Assembly (NCBI GenBank): GCA_025060595.1
Contig: JANXBX010000001.1
Coordinates: forward strand, 185,696-249,695
Direction: 5' to 3'
Origin: Synergistota bacterium
GTDB lineage: Bacteria > Synergistota > GBS-1
DNA: 64,000 nucleotides
The notes under the pieces are model-generated. The model was not told the DNA's origin. It worked only from the letters and a program-made list of their open reading frames with translations, and did no database searches. Below, in pieces: positions 46,785 to 56,670 of this stretch. Numbering within the stretch: position 1 is the stretch's first letter; each line of letters starts with the position of its first letter. The translations under genes and the position numbers were made by a program.

Positions 46785-47513
46785 TTATATCTCACCCATA
46801 TATATCTTCTTTAGCTCCTCCGTATAACTTCCGTCCTCGTTATAAAGAATAAGAGGGCAAGAAACCTTTATCGATGGGGAACCATCTCTAACTCCCTTAA
46901 CCAAGATGAACTCAGCATCCTCATTAATTTTGGAATGGACAAATCTCATCTCCTTAGGCTCTATCTTAAGTCTTCTCATATGAAATAAAAGCTCAGCTAA
47001 CCTAAAGGGCCTATAGATGAGGTATAGTCTTCCACCCGTAGAAAGAAGATACCTTGAAGCTTTCAAGAACTCTTCAAGAGTACAACCTTCCTCGGTATAA
47101 GCTATGGATCTCATCTTATCGGAAGGTAACCTTCCGCTCTCCAACGATATGTAGGGAGGATTACCCAAAACCACGCTAAACGCCCCTTGCGGGAAATATT
47201 CTTCTATTTTTCTTAAGTCTCCCTGAATTATTTCTATTCTTTCAGAAAACCCGTTGATCTCAACGTTCTTTCTAGCTAGCTCTACAAGCTCAGGTTGTAA
47301 TTCTATCCCCGAAAGCCTTATCCCAGGAACCTTCAAGGCTAAAAGAAGAAGTACTATTCCCGTTCCTACCCCAAGCTCTATAACTTTATCTTTCGGCCTT
47401 AAAGTCAAAAAATCAGAAAGCAAAAGAGCCTCAATCCCAAAACGCGGTCCTTCCGAAGGTTGATAAAGCTTAAGCTTCCCCCTTAATATAGAATCAAACG
47501 TATATGTGCTCAT
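46785..47513 (-). CDS. N6-adenine-specific methyltransferase, small domain (tRNA m6A37 TrmN6/YfiC-like)
   Basis: NPPY motif (VLGNPPYI) and SAM-binding ELGVGTG. Confidence 0.7.
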   Translation of the reverse strand: MSTYTFDSILRGKLKLYQPSEGPRFGIEALLLSDFLTLRPKDKVIELGVGTGIVLLLLALKVPGIRLSGIELQPELVELARKNVEINGFSERIEIIQGDLRKIEEYFPQGAFSVVLGNPPYISLESGRLPSDKMRSIAYTEEGCTLEEFLKASRYLLSTGGRLYLIYRPFRLAELLFHMRRLKIEPKEMRFVHSKINEDAEFILVKGVRDGSPSIKVSCPLILYNEDGSYTEELKKIYMGEI

Positions 47514-48082
47514 TTCCTTTTAGCCTTAGATTTCGCCTCCTCTACCTCTCCTCTAAGTAGCTCTAAAACCTCCCTAATAAGCTCTCCCTTGCTTTTGTTT
47601 AAAAGCATAGAGAGCTTTTCTCTTAAACGACTCTCTATCCTCGAAGGATCAGAACCATATTTATTAATAGCTACATCCAAAAGCTTAAGCATTCTATCAA
47701 GTACAGAAGCCCCTATCTCCCTAACTATAAGCCTTTTAGTCACCTCAGCAGCCCCTTCAACAGAAAAACCAAAAAGAAGGAGATCACCAAAACCATCAAT
47801 AAAAGCCTTTACCTCCCCCTCAGAAAGCCTCCATAATAGAGAAGATTTAACCAAATCCTTTAAAGAAATTATTAAAAGAGATTCTTCAAGGCTTTTATCC
47901 CCAACCTTGTTAAGCAGGCTTTTTATCCCTCTTTCCACACCACCATAAAAGTCCTTTTTAGCTTTTTCTGAAAAAGTCGAGGCTTCAAGAATTTCCTTGG
48001 TATAGGTTAAGATCTCATCATGAACTTTGCCCTTGTCAAGAGAATAGGCGTTTGAAGAAAGAAGCAAAAGCCAAAGGATCAA
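47510..48082 (-). CDS. Hypothetical exported protein (190 aa)
   Basis: N-terminal hydrophobic signal-like segment; helical; no confident family assignment. Confidence 0.4.
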   Translation of the reverse strand: MILWLLLLSSNAYSLDKGKVHDEILTYTKEILEASTFSEKAKKDFYGGVERGIKSLLNKVGDKSLEESLLIISLKDLVKSSLLWRLSEGEVKAFIDGFGDLLLFGFSVEGAAEVTKRLIVREIGASVLDRMLKLLDVAINKYGSDPSRIESRLREKLSMLLNKSKGELIREVLELLRGEVEEAKSKAKRK

Positions 48083-48755
48083 AAGGCAACCAACTCTCCT
48101 CAGATCCCTTCACCTCCCTTAAATAACCTAAGGTCAAAGCATAACCCAGAGCAAAGGAAAAGGCTACATCAGAGAAAAAGTGATTATTGGTCTCCAATCT
48201 ATTATAAGCCACAATAACTATAAGAAACAAAAAGGCTAATCTTATCCATCCCTTAAACCTCATTCCTATCCAGCTAAAAGTTGAAGTGGCAACAAGTACA
48301 TGTCCTGACGGGAAACTTTGAAAATCGTTTTTAAACAGAGATTCAGGAAAATTAAAGAATGATAATTCTCCTAGACCCATATAAGGACGAGCTCTACCTA
48401 ATAATACCTTTAATAGATTCCCCAACAATGCAGTTAAAACTATAAGGCATAGGAGCTCGAGGATAGGATTTTCCCATTTTTCCAACCTTAGGATATAAAA
48501 AAGACATAAAAAAGAAAGCAAGAGAGGCAAAATGAAATCTGCATCTCCTATAATATTACCAAACTTAGAAAGACAGGACACTCTTCCTAAATCTGATGGA
48601 AAGACAAAATCCATAGGGATGAGGAAAATGAAAAGTAAAAGGATAACTTCTACTTCTAATTTCCTCAGGGAATTCAAAAAAGACAGGATTATCCCTTTTT
48701 TCCAGCTTCTATAAAGAAAACATAAGAGAAGAACAGCAAAGAGTAATTTATACAT
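48036..48755 (-). CDS. PAP2-family membrane phosphatase
   Basis: PSGH and SRx5Hx3D-like (NRLETNNHFFSD) acid-phosphatase motifs; multiple TM segments. Confidence 0.75.
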   Translation of the reverse strand: MYKLLFAVLLLCFLYRSWKKGIILSFLNSLRKLEVEVILLLFIFLIPMDFVFPSDLGRVSCLSKFGNIIGDADFILPLLLSFLCLFYILRLEKWENPILELLCLIVLTALLGNLLKVLLGRARPYMGLGELSFFNFPESLFKNDFQSFPSGHVLVATSTFSWIGMRFKGWIRLAFLFLIVIVAYNRLETNNHFFSDVAFSFALGYALTLGYLREVKGSEESWLPFDPLAFASFFKRLFS

Positions 48756-48770
48756 ATAATAATACTAAAT

Positions 48771-48794
48771 AAGGGGAGCTGGATTGCTCCCCTT
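48771..48794 (-). terminator. Rho-independent terminator AAGGGGAGC-TGGATT-GCTCCCCTT downstream of the HU gene
   Basis: 9-bp GC stem followed on the minus transcript by a U-rich tract (rc of ATATAATAATACTAAAT). Confidence 0.6.
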
Positions 48795-48812
48795 AAATGT
48801 TATAAAAGCCAC

Positions 48813-49100
48813 TTACTTACCCGTAACTTTCGTTTTAAGCTCTTTACCTACTCTGAAAACAGGAACCTTCCGAGGCGGTATCTTAATTTCCTCACCAGTA
48901 CGAGGGTTCCTGCCAACTCTTTCAGCCCTTTCCTTAACCTCAAATATACCAAAACCAGCTATCTGAACTTTCTCTCCTTTAGATAGGGCATCCATTACCG
49001 CTTCAAATAGAGCATTAACAACCAAAGCAGTGTCTTTCTTAGTCATGCCCGTTTTCTCCGCAACTTCCCGAACCAACTCTGCCTTCGTCAAATTTCTCAC
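48813..49100 (-). CDS. hup: HU-family DNA-binding protein
   Basis: 95 aa; GFGIFEV...RNPRTGEEIKIP arm motif. Confidence 0.9.
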   Translation of the reverse strand: MRNLTKAELVREVAEKTGMTKKDTALVVNALFEAVMDALSKGEKVQIAGFGIFEVKERAERVGRNPRTGEEIKIPPRKVPVFRVGKELKTKVTGK

Positions 49101-49275
49101 CTCCCAAGTTTTTTACCTATTATAAGCAAAATTCCTCTTCATATCAATAGGTTTTTCAAAAAGCCATTAAAAATTTTGATAGAAGCGTTTTTTTCATATC
49201 GAAGATAATAAGGTAGTGTGGTAAAATTGGTAAAGAAACGGCTCAGAATTAACTTTACAAAAGGGAGGTGCGATT

Positions 49276-49629
49276 ATGGCAGAGCAATATCATGAACCAA
49301 CAAATGAACTAACAGCAAAAGACAGGGATTTCACAAGAGCGCTCGTAAGCTTAAAGGAAGAGATCGAAGCAATAATGTGGTACCAGCAGAGAGCTTCCGC
49401 CACCAAAGATGAAACCATTAGGGAAGTGTTAGAACACAACAGGGACGAAGAGATGGAGCATGCGGCTATGCTCCTTGAGTGGCTCAGAAGAAACATGCCT
49501 GGCTGGGATAAAGCTTTAAAAACTTATCTCTTTACAACTGAACCATTAACACAGATAGAAGCGGAAGTAAGTAATGAAGAGGAATCTCCAGGTGGAGATC
49601 TTAAACTAAGAAAGATTAAAAGGGGGTGA
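49276..49629 (+). CDS. Encapsulated ferritin-like protein (EncFtn/Flp cargo) with C-terminal encapsulin targeting peptide
   Basis: Two ExxH di-iron motifs (EEIEAIMWYQQR, EEMEHAAML) and C-terminal GGDLKLRKIKRG resembling the T. maritima Flp cargo-loading peptide; directly precedes the encapsulin gene. Confidence 0.8.
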   Translation: MAEQYHEPTNELTAKDRDFTRALVSLKEEIEAIMWYQQRASATKDETIREVLEHNRDEEMEHAAMLLEWLRRNMPGWDKALKTYLFTTEPLTQIEAEVSNEEESPGGDLKLRKIKRG

Positions 49630-49635
49630 ATTCTA

Positions 49636-50433
49636 GTGGACTTCTTAAGGAGAAAGCTATCTCCACTTACACCTAAAGAATGGGAAGAGGTAGATAAGAG
49701 AGCTAAAGAAGTGTTCTCAACCCAACTTTATGGAAGAGCAATAGTAGACGTTCTTGGTCCTTTTGGATGGGAATACGCTGCACATCCTATGGGTGAAGTA
49801 GAAAAGCTCTCTAAAGAAGGAGATACTATAGAGTTTGGTTTAAGAAAAGCGCTTCCTTTAATAGAGCTAAAGAGGTACTTCTACCTCGATCTTAATGAAC
49901 TTGATAAATTAGAAAGGGGACATCCTGCGGTAGACCTATCCTCCCTAGAAGAAGCGGTTAGAGACGTTGCATCTTTCGAAGACGGAGCTATCTTCGAAGG
50001 ATGTGAAAAGTCTGGAATAAAAGGAATTTTAGCTTATAAAAATGAAAGAAACATACAATCTTCCTTGAAAGAGGAGGAGTTTATAGAAAGCTTATACAAG
50101 GCCTTATCTAAATTCAAGTCTGATGGAATTGAAGGACCCTACGCCTTAGTTATAAACATAGATAAGTGGGTAGAACTCGTTAAGGGAAGCAAGTATTATC
50201 CTATAGAGGAAAAGATTGAAGATATATTAAAAGATGGTAAGATTCTCACCACACCACGTATAAGCGATGCTCTTGTGGTTTCTGAAAGAGGCGGTGATTT
50301 TGAGCTTATTTTAGGACAAGACCTATCAATAGGTTATGAAAAAACAGAAAACTCGAAGGTAAAACTATTTATCCTTGAAAGCTTCACCTTTAGAGTGGTC
50401 AACCCTGAAGCTTTAGTATATCTTAAGTTTTAA
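49636..50433 (+). CDS. Family-1 encapsulin nanocompartment shell protein (HK97 fold; linocin M18/maritimacin-like)
   Basis: 265 aa; strong similarity along the full length to T. maritima encapsulin as recalled from memory ([45 protein letters not shown]). Confidence 0.9.
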   Translation: MDFLRRKLSPLTPKEWEEVDKRAKEVFSTQLYGRAIVDVLGPFGWEYAAHPMGEVEKLSKEGDTIEFGLRKALPLIELKRYFYLDLNELDKLERGHPAVDLSSLEEAVRDVASFEDGAIFEGCEKSGIKGILAYKNERNIQSSLKEEEFIESLYKALSKFKSDGIEGPYALVINIDKWVELVKGSKYYPIEEKIEDILKDGKILTTPRISDALVVSERGGDFELILGQDLSIGYEKTENSKVKLFILESFTFRVVNPEALVYLKF

Positions 50434-50452
50434 GGCTTTAAAAATATACTTT

Positions 50453-50482
50453 AAGGGGTAGGCTTCTTGAAGCTTACCCCTT
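50453..50482 (+). terminator. Stem-loop (about 14 bp with one G-U) after the encapsulin gene; probable partial terminator before the M32 gene
   Basis: AAGGGGTAGGCTTC..GAAGCTTACCCCTT followed by AAAATTTT. Confidence 0.45.
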
Positions 50483-50501
50483 AAAATTTTAAAGATAAAA
50501 G

Positions 50502-51983
50502 ATGGGTATCAATGAGCTTAAAAAAGAGCTATTAAAAATAGCCAAAATTAAAAGTGCCATATCATTACTTCAATGGGATTTATCAACCTATATACCGCCT
50601 AAAGGGATCGAATGGAGAGCAGAAGTATTAGGAGAGCTATCAGAATACGTATTTTCCTTACTCACAAGCGAAAAGCTAGGAGAGCTTATAAACAAAGCCT
50701 TAGAAGAGGCAGAAACTGAAGAAGATACAGCTCTAGTAAAACTGACCCAAAAGGAGTATTCTAGATATAGAAAGATTCCTAAAGAGCTATTTATAGAGTT
50801 TCAAAAGGAGCGTGCAAGATCAGAAAAACTCTGGGAAGAGGCAAGAAAGGAAAACAACTTCCTTATATTACAGGAAAGCCTAAGCAAAATAGTTAAAATG
50901 TTGATAGATATAACAGAATGTATAGGTTATAAAGAAAATAGATATGATGCTTTATTGGATGAGCATGAACCTGGCTTTGAAACAAACAAGTTAAAGCAGA
51001 TATTCTCTAACGCAAAAAAAGAGCTTCTAAGCTTACTAGAAAAAATCGAACCTAAACATACCAATATCAAACGAGTAAACGAAATATGTGAAGGACCGTT
51101 TCCCTTAGACAAACAAAAAGAGCTATGCCTCAATATAATAACAAACATCGGATTTGACCTATCCTCCGGCAGGCTTGACACTTCGGCCCATCCCTTTACA
51201 GAAATTGTTGGACTAAAGGATGTGAGAATAACTACAAGATATGATGAAAGGGATTTTTCTCAAGCCCTGTTTGCAACGCTGCACGAGTGCGGACATGCCC
51301 TTTACGACCTAAACATTCCGGAAAGGTTTTTCGGACTACCCATAGGAGATGGAGCTTCTTCAGGATTCCATGAAAGCCAGGCGAGGTTTTGGGAAAACTT
51401 CATAGGAAGAAGCTTTTACTTCATGGTTTTCATAAAGCCAGTTTTAGATGAATATTTCCAACCCTTAAAATCGATTAAATTAGAAGATCTGTGGAGAGCA
51501 TTTAATATCGTTAAAAGATCTTTAATAAGGGTCAGTTCCGATGAAATAACCTATAATCTTCATATAATACTAAGATTTGAACTTGAAGAAGCATTAATAA
51601 ATGAAAAATTGTTGGTTTCTGATCTTCCTTACATCTGGAATGAGAAAATGGAAGAATATTTCGGTATAAGGCCAGATAGCCTAAAAAGCGGAGTTTTACA
51701 AGATATCCACTGGGCAGCCGGATTGTTTGGCTATTTTCCATCCTATATGCTAGGAAACATATATGCAGGACAGATCTACTTTAAGCTTAAGAAAGATATT
51801 CAAAACTTAGAAGAAGCTGTATCAAAAGGTAACTTTAAAATAATTCTTGAATGGCTTAAAGAAAACATATTTTCTTATGGAAAACTTTATGAGCCCTTAG
51901 AACTTATAAGGAAAATCTCTGGAGAGGAGCTCTCGTCTAGATACTTAGTAGAATACCTAAAAGACAAATTTTTAGAGAGGTGA
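50502..51983 (+). CDS. M32-family carboxypeptidase (thermostable carboxypeptidase Taq-like)
   Basis: HEXXH (LHECGHALY) and M32 N-terminal LLQWDLSTYIPPKG pattern; 493 aa. Confidence 0.85.
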   Translation: MGINELKKELLKIAKIKSAISLLQWDLSTYIPPKGIEWRAEVLGELSEYVFSLLTSEKLGELINKALEEAETEEDTALVKLTQKEYSRYRKIPKELFIEFQKERARSEKLWEEARKENNFLILQESLSKIVKMLIDITECIGYKENRYDALLDEHEPGFETNKLKQIFSNAKKELLSLLEKIEPKHTNIKRVNEICEGPFPLDKQKELCLNIITNIGFDLSSGRLDTSAHPFTEIVGLKDVRITTRYDERDFSQALFATLHECGHALYDLNIPERFFGLPIGDGASSGFHESQARFWENFIGRSFYFMVFIKPVLDEYFQPLKSIKLEDLWRAFNIVKRSLIRVSSDEITYNLHIILRFELEEALINEKLLVSDLPYIWNEKMEEYFGIRPDSLKSGVLQDIHWAAGLFGYFPSYMLGNIYAGQIYFKLKKDIQNLEEAVSKGNFKIILEWLKENIFSYGKLYEPLELIRKISGEELSSRYLVEYLKDKFLER

Positions 51984-51991
51984 ACTAGATA

Positions 51992-52384
51992 TTGAAATTT
52001 GTCTTTCTCACTTTAATAATTTTTCTAATAATATTAAAGATGTTTGAGGGGACCGCTTCAGCTTTAGAGATTCCAGAAATTACACCTGAAGAAGCTTGGA
52101 ACTACCTAGGAAAAGAAGGATATGTATTTCTCGATGTTAGAGAGCCTCATGAGTACAATGAGGAGCGTATTAAAGGGGCAATAAACCTACCTAAGGGAAT
52201 GGTTGGCTCAAAAATAGGAGAACTCTTCCCTAAAAAAGAAGCCCAAGTATTCATAGTTTACTGTCGATCAGGAAGAAGATCTCTTGATGCTACTAAGACA
52301 CTAATAGAAATGGGCTATAAAGCCTTTAACATGAAGGGTGGAATATTAGCCTGGAAAAAAGCAAATCTTCCAACGGAAAAATAA
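51992..52384 (+). CDS. Rhodanese-domain protein with N-terminal signal/anchor
   Basis: Active-site CRSGRRS loop; hydrophobic N-terminus; TTG start per the track (alternative ATG at 52040). Confidence 0.75.
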   Translation: MKFVFLTLIIFLIILKMFEGTASALEIPEITPEEAWNYLGKEGYVFLDVREPHEYNEERIKGAINLPKGMVGSKIGELFPKKEAQVFIVYCRSGRRSLDATKTLIEMGYKAFNMKGGILAWKKANLPTEK

Positions 52385-52443
52385 GCTCAAAAACCGTATA
52401 TCAAACTAATCCTAATTTACAAAATTAGCTATATATTATTTGG

Positions 52444-53298
52444 CTAAATTATGCCTTTCCTCCTCCACCTATATCTTAGATATATACCTAAACCGCTTAT
52501 AGATAAAGTTAAGATTAGTAATACAAGAGCCGATCCGAATGCCATTGGAATTTGCTTCTCTGGTTTAGTTCCTTCAGTCATTAGGCCATAAATAAGATAC
52601 GGAAGAGCCATAACTTCATCAAATATAGAGCTAGGAAGCTTACGAGTATAAAAGGTCACTGCAGTAAACATTATAGGAGCAGTCTCGCCCGCCGCCCTAC
52701 CCAAACTTAATATAGCACCAGTGAGAATACTTGGAAAGGCGATAGGCAAAAGAACAATCCTAATCATTTTCCACTTACCTGCTCCTAAAGCGTAAGCCGC
52801 CTCTCTCAAATCCATAGGTATCGCCTTAATAGCCTCTTCAGTAACCTTTATCATGATAGGTAAAACAAGAACGCCAAGAGTTAACACTCCTGAAAGAATT
52901 GAAACTCCAAAACCAAAAGCATTAACAAAAAGAGATAAACCAAACAAACCGAATACTACCGATGGTATGCCAGCTAAGGCATTTACACAACTTCTCACAA
53001 GAGAAGTAAACCAATTATCCTTAGCAAACTCACTTAGATATATACCTGAAAAAACTCCAAGAGGCAGGGCGACGATTATAGAACCTACTGAAAGATAAAG
53101 GCTACCTAAAAGAGCAGGATATATACCTCCTTCAGTCATACTTTTTCTTGGTTCTTCAAGAAGGAAAGACAGGGTTAGCTTTTCACCGCCCTTGATTACT
53201 AAAACTAAAAGTAACGAAAATAAGAAAAGAAGCACAAATAAAACCAACAATCTAAGAACCATTACGGCTATTTTTTCCTCAAAGATCAACCACTTCAT
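52444..53298 (-). CDS. pstA: Phosphate ABC transporter permease PstA
   Basis: Polytopic permease with EAA-type loop (EAAYALGAGKW). Confidence 0.85.
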   Translation of the reverse strand: MKWLIFEEKIAVMVLRLLVLFVLLFLFSLLLVLVIKGGEKLTLSFLLEEPRKSMTEGGIYPALLGSLYLSVGSIIVALPLGVFSGIYLSEFAKDNWFTSLVRSCVNALAGIPSVVFGLFGLSLFVNAFGFGVSILSGVLTLGVLVLPIMIKVTEEAIKAIPMDLREAAYALGAGKWKMIRIVLLPIAFPSILTGAILSLGRAAGETAPIMFTAVTFYTRKLPSSIFDEVMALPYLIYGLMTEGTKPEKQIPMAFGSALVLLILTLSISGLGIYLRYRWRRKGII

Positions 53299-54155
53299 AG
53301 ATAAATCCTCCTCTTACCGAACTTATCAGCAATAAAATTTAAAAGGACCGTTATAATAAAAAGTATCATTCCTATAGCAAACAGAGCATGGTAATGAAGG
53401 CTACCAAAAGGAGCCTCGCCCATTTCAGCCGCTATCGTCGCAGTCATAGTTCTAACAGGATCGAATATAGACTTGGGTATTTTAGCGGCTCCACCAGCTA
53501 CCATTAAAACAGTCATGGTTTCTCCTATAGCTCTTCCCATTCCCAAAAATATACTCGAAAGAATTCCAGACCACGCCGTCGGTATAACCACATGGGTAAC
53601 CGTTCTCCATTTTGTCGCTCCAAGAGCATAAGAAGCTTCCAAAAGCTCATGAGGAACCATAGACATAGAATCCTCAGCAACGCTTGCTACTAAAGGTATT
53701 ATCATTATTCCGAGAACTATAGAAGCGGTAAAAGCGTTAAGCCCTAAAGGCAAATCAAACAGGTTCTTAATAAATGGGCCTAACACCACCATGCCAAAGA
53801 AGCCGTATATAACAGATGGTATGCATGCCAAAACCTCAAGAATAGGCTTTAAGGTTTCTCTCACCTTAGGGCGAGCGAAAAAGGCCATATATATAGCTGC
53901 CCCAAGTCCTAAAGGTATCCCAACAATCAGCGCTCCCAATGTAATAACGATGGTCCCAACAATTATAGGAAGGATCCCAAAGGCGGGCGGGATATATGTT
54001 GGATACCATTGCTTACCAAGGAAAAATTTCAAAGGGGATACCTCTCTAAACAGAGGCATCCCCTCCTCAAAGAGCATTACAACTATTCCTAAGGTAGCGA
54101 TAATCGTCAACAAAGCTGAAACGAAAACTATCCCCTTAGCTACCTTCTCCTCCAT
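53295..54155 (-). CDS. pstC: Phosphate ABC transporter permease PstC
   Basis: Polytopic permease, EASYALGATKW loop; translationally coupled to pstA. Confidence 0.85.
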   Translation of the reverse strand: MEEKVAKGIVFVSALLTIIATLGIVVMLFEEGMPLFREVSPLKFFLGKQWYPTYIPPAFGILPIIVGTIVITLGALIVGIPLGLGAAIYMAFFARPKVRETLKPILEVLACIPSVIYGFFGMVVLGPFIKNLFDLPLGLNAFTASIVLGIMIIPLVASVAEDSMSMVPHELLEASYALGATKWRTVTHVVIPTAWSGILSSIFLGMGRAIGETMTVLMVAGGAAKIPKSIFDPVRTMTATIAAEMGEAPFGSLHYHALFAIGMILFIITVLLNFIADKFGKRRIYL

Positions 54156-54158
54156 GGC

Positions 54159-54986
54159 CTACTTAACTGGAACAAAACCCTCATCCTTAACTATCTTCTG
54201 CCCTTGCGGAGACAAGATGAAATCTATGAAGTCCTTAACTGCACCTTTAGGTTCTCCATTAGTGTACAGGAAAAGCGGCCTCGAGAGCTTATAAGTACCA
54301 TTTACTACCGTCTCCATCGTGGGCTTAACTCCCTCAATCTCCAAAGCCTTAACCTTATCGGTAACGTATCCTAATCCTATATAACCAATAGCACCCTCTG
54401 TCTGAGCAACAGCCTCTGCAACAGCTTTGTTAGAGGCTAAAAGAAGAGCGTCTCCCCTAAGCTTCTCATCCTTTAAGACAAGCTCATGGAAAGATCCGTA
54501 AGTTCCAGAAGCGGTATCTCTTGAAACGACCACGATCTTAACGTCCTTCCCACCAACTTCCTTCCAATTATTTATCTTTCCACTGTATATATCTCTAACT
54601 TGAGCAACTGTCAAAGCCTTCACAGGATTAGATGGATGAACAACTATAGCCAAACCATCCCTCGCAATCATATGCTCAACAGGATTAACGCCTCTGGCCT
54701 TAGCCTTCTCTATCTCCTCTTTCTTCATAGCTCTTGAAGACATCGCTATATCACAAGTCCCATCGATAAGAGCCGCTATTCCTACGCCAGAACCCCCTCC
54801 CTTGACAGAAACATTAACATCCTTTTTAACATCCATAAACTTTTCAGCACAAGCTTGAGCGATTGGAAATACAGTGGTTGAACCAACTACGTTAACGCTC
54901 TTAGACTGTGCCCATACCCCAAAAGCAAAAGCTAAAACTAAAGTAGCTACTACAACTATCCTCCTAAGCCTCATAAAACAAACCAC
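54159..54986 (-). CDS. pstS: Phosphate-binding protein PstS
   Basis: Signal peptide; PBP-superfamily SGTYGSF phosphate-binding pattern; likely start at 54974 (MRLRR). Confidence 0.85.
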   Translation of the reverse strand: MVCFMRLRRIVVVATLVLAFAFGVWAQSKSVNVVGSTTVFPIAQACAEKFMDVKKDVNVSVKGGGSGVGIAALIDGTCDIAMSSRAMKKEEIEKAKARGVNPVEHMIARDGLAIVVHPSNPVKALTVAQVRDIYSGKINNWKEVGGKDVKIVVVSRDTASGTYGSFHELVLKDEKLRGDALLLASNKAVAEAVAQTEGAIGYIGLGYVTDKVKALEIEGVKPTMETVVNGTYKLSRPLFLYTNGEPKGAVKDFIDFILSPQGQKIVKDEGFVPVK

Positions 54987-55109
54987 CTCCTAAGAATTTT
55001 TCTATAAGGAATTTTAGTAGGATATATTAAAGCAAGTACAAAGGAATCTTAAAGAAATCTTTACAAAGACGCTTATCAAAAAAAAGGAACTTAAAGAATA
55101 AAATAAAAA

Positions 55110-55140
55110 GGGGAACCCCAATAGGAATATGGGGTTCCCC
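55110..55140 (-). terminator. Rho-independent terminator GGGGAACCCCA-N9-TGGGGTTCCCC after the TRAP SBP gene
   Basis: Perfect 11-bp stem; U-rich tract on the minus transcript (rc of AAGAATAAAATAAAAA). Confidence 0.7.
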
Positions 55141-55169
55141 CTTCCCTTAAAAACTAGGTGCTTTTTCAC

Positions 55170-56207
55170 CTATTGACGAGGTATACCTGACTCCTTATAG
55201 ATGAGATCCATAAGGTTCTTCCCACAGAGCTCTTCCATCTTGGGCCATACAACCTTTCTCACATGCTTGGCTATCTTATCAAGCTGTTCAGCAGTTAACA
55301 TAACGATCGTCCACCCATATTCCTTCTGGAGTTTCTGACGATACTCCTCATCAACCTGCTTTGCCCTATCCCACTGAATCTTAGATTCTTCGTTTGCGGC
55401 CTCCATTAACACCTTCTGATCCTCAGGAGACAGCTTATCCCAAATTCCCTTGTTTATAACAAACCACCAAGTCTCGCAGAAGTCGTTGTACTGTATCCAA
55501 ACCTTCTGAACATCACGGAACTGCCAACCTTGGTAAGGCGGACCGCCCATCTGCCCATCAGCTACACCCATCTGAAGGGCAGTGTAAACCTCAGCATAAG
55601 GTATAGGGGTAGCGATGTAACCTAAAGCCTCATAAGTCCACTCACAGGGCTTTATAGGCATAACGCGAACCTTCATACCCTTCTTAACTGTAGGATCTTC
55701 AGGATTTGGAGGCATAGCCTTCAATGATACACCGCTCATACCAATCGGTACAACATCCAAAGCCTTTATGTTATGCTTTTCCCAGAGCTTCTGAACGACC
55801 TTGTAAGCCCAACCTCCGGGACTGTAGACTTTAACCGCATCTTCGAAGGTCGTGAATATGTATGGGAAGTAATAAGCCAAATTGAGTTCAGGGTCAAAGT
55901 TAGCATTGGCTTGTTGTAAAGCTACTTCGATAGTCCCACGCATTACCATTTCAAAGATCTGCGTCCAGTCCCCCAATACTCCACCAGAATAAACATCAAT
56001 CTTGATCTTACCCTTGGTTCTCTCAAAAACCTTCTTAGCAAATTCCTTAGCACGGATGTCATAATCGCTATCTACAGGGTGAATCTGAGACATCCTCCAC
56101 TGATACTGGGGTTGCTGTTGCTGAGCTAAGCCTGATCCAACCATTAGACCTAAACTTAAAACCGCTAAGAAAACCACAACCAACACACTTAAAAGTTTCT
56201 TACCCAA
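55170..56207 (-). CDS. dctP: TRAP transporter substrate-binding protein, DctP family, separated from its dctQM partners
   Basis: Signal peptide, Gln-rich linker, DctP-family core. Cognate dctQ/dctM lie at 59627-61491 on the same strand. Confidence 0.8.
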   Translation of the reverse strand: MGKKLLSVLVVVFLAVLSLGLMVGSGLAQQQQPQYQWRMSQIHPVDSDYDIRAKEFAKKVFERTKGKIKIDVYSGGVLGDWTQIFEMVMRGTIEVALQQANANFDPELNLAYYFPYIFTTFEDAVKVYSPGGWAYKVVQKLWEKHNIKALDVVPIGMSGVSLKAMPPNPEDPTVKKGMKVRVMPIKPCEWTYEALGYIATPIPYAEVYTALQMGVADGQMGGPPYQGWQFRDVQKVWIQYNDFCETWWFVINKGIWDKLSPEDQKVLMEAANEESKIQWDRAKQVDEEYRQKLQKEYGWTIVMLTAEQLDKIAKHVRKVVWPKMEELCGKNLMDLIYKESGIPRQ

Positions 56208-56369
56208 TATACCTCACCTCCATAGAGTGCTTTACTTTCAAGCTAATTTTAACACATAAAACTGAAAACATGCAAGTAAACGAAGCTAATCTTAGTAAAC
56301 CCACCTTTATATTTTTCGTTCTTGAAAAATAAAAAAATATCCTTTAGAGTTTTAGAAGGGGGTGATCTG

Positions 56370-56669
56370 ATGATAGCTAAAAGAGGTGATTTTGTCCAAA
56401 TCCAAGTTAAAATACTTGAACCTGGGGAAAGGGCTCCAAACCTACCAGAAGACACTAAAAGGGTTCCTTTCGAAATGAGGGTTAAGGGGTTTCTAATCGA
56501 AGAGGAAGCAAAATTAGGATCCAGCGTTAAAATAAGGACCTTTTCTGGCAGAGAGATAAGTGGAACCTTAGTAGCCATAAATCCAGTATACGAACATAAC
56601 TTTGGCGAGCCGGTTCCTGAGCTCTTAAACATCGGTGAAGAGCTAAGAAAGATATTAGGAGGTGAATAG
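56370..56669 (+). CDS. ortA: 2-amino-4-ketopentanoate thiolase alpha subunit
   Basis: 99 aa from the ATG at 56370 (RBS AGAAGGGGGTGA). Motifs PEDTKRVP, VKGFL, VAINPVYEHNFGEPVPELL closely resemble C. sticklandii OrtA as recalled. The track start (56322) is overcalled. Confidence 0.75.
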   Translation: MIAKRGDFVQIQVKILEPGERAPNLPEDTKRVPFEMRVKGFLIEEEAKLGSSVKIRTFSGREISGTLVAINPVYEHNFGEPVPELLNIGEELRKILGGE

Positions 56670-56670
56670 C

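Noticed and set aside
52385-52443. AT-rich palindrome CTAATTT-ACAA-AATTAG between convergent rhodanese and pstA genes
   Set aside because: A 7-bp all-A/T stem is too weak to call a terminator with confidence in this AT-rich genome.
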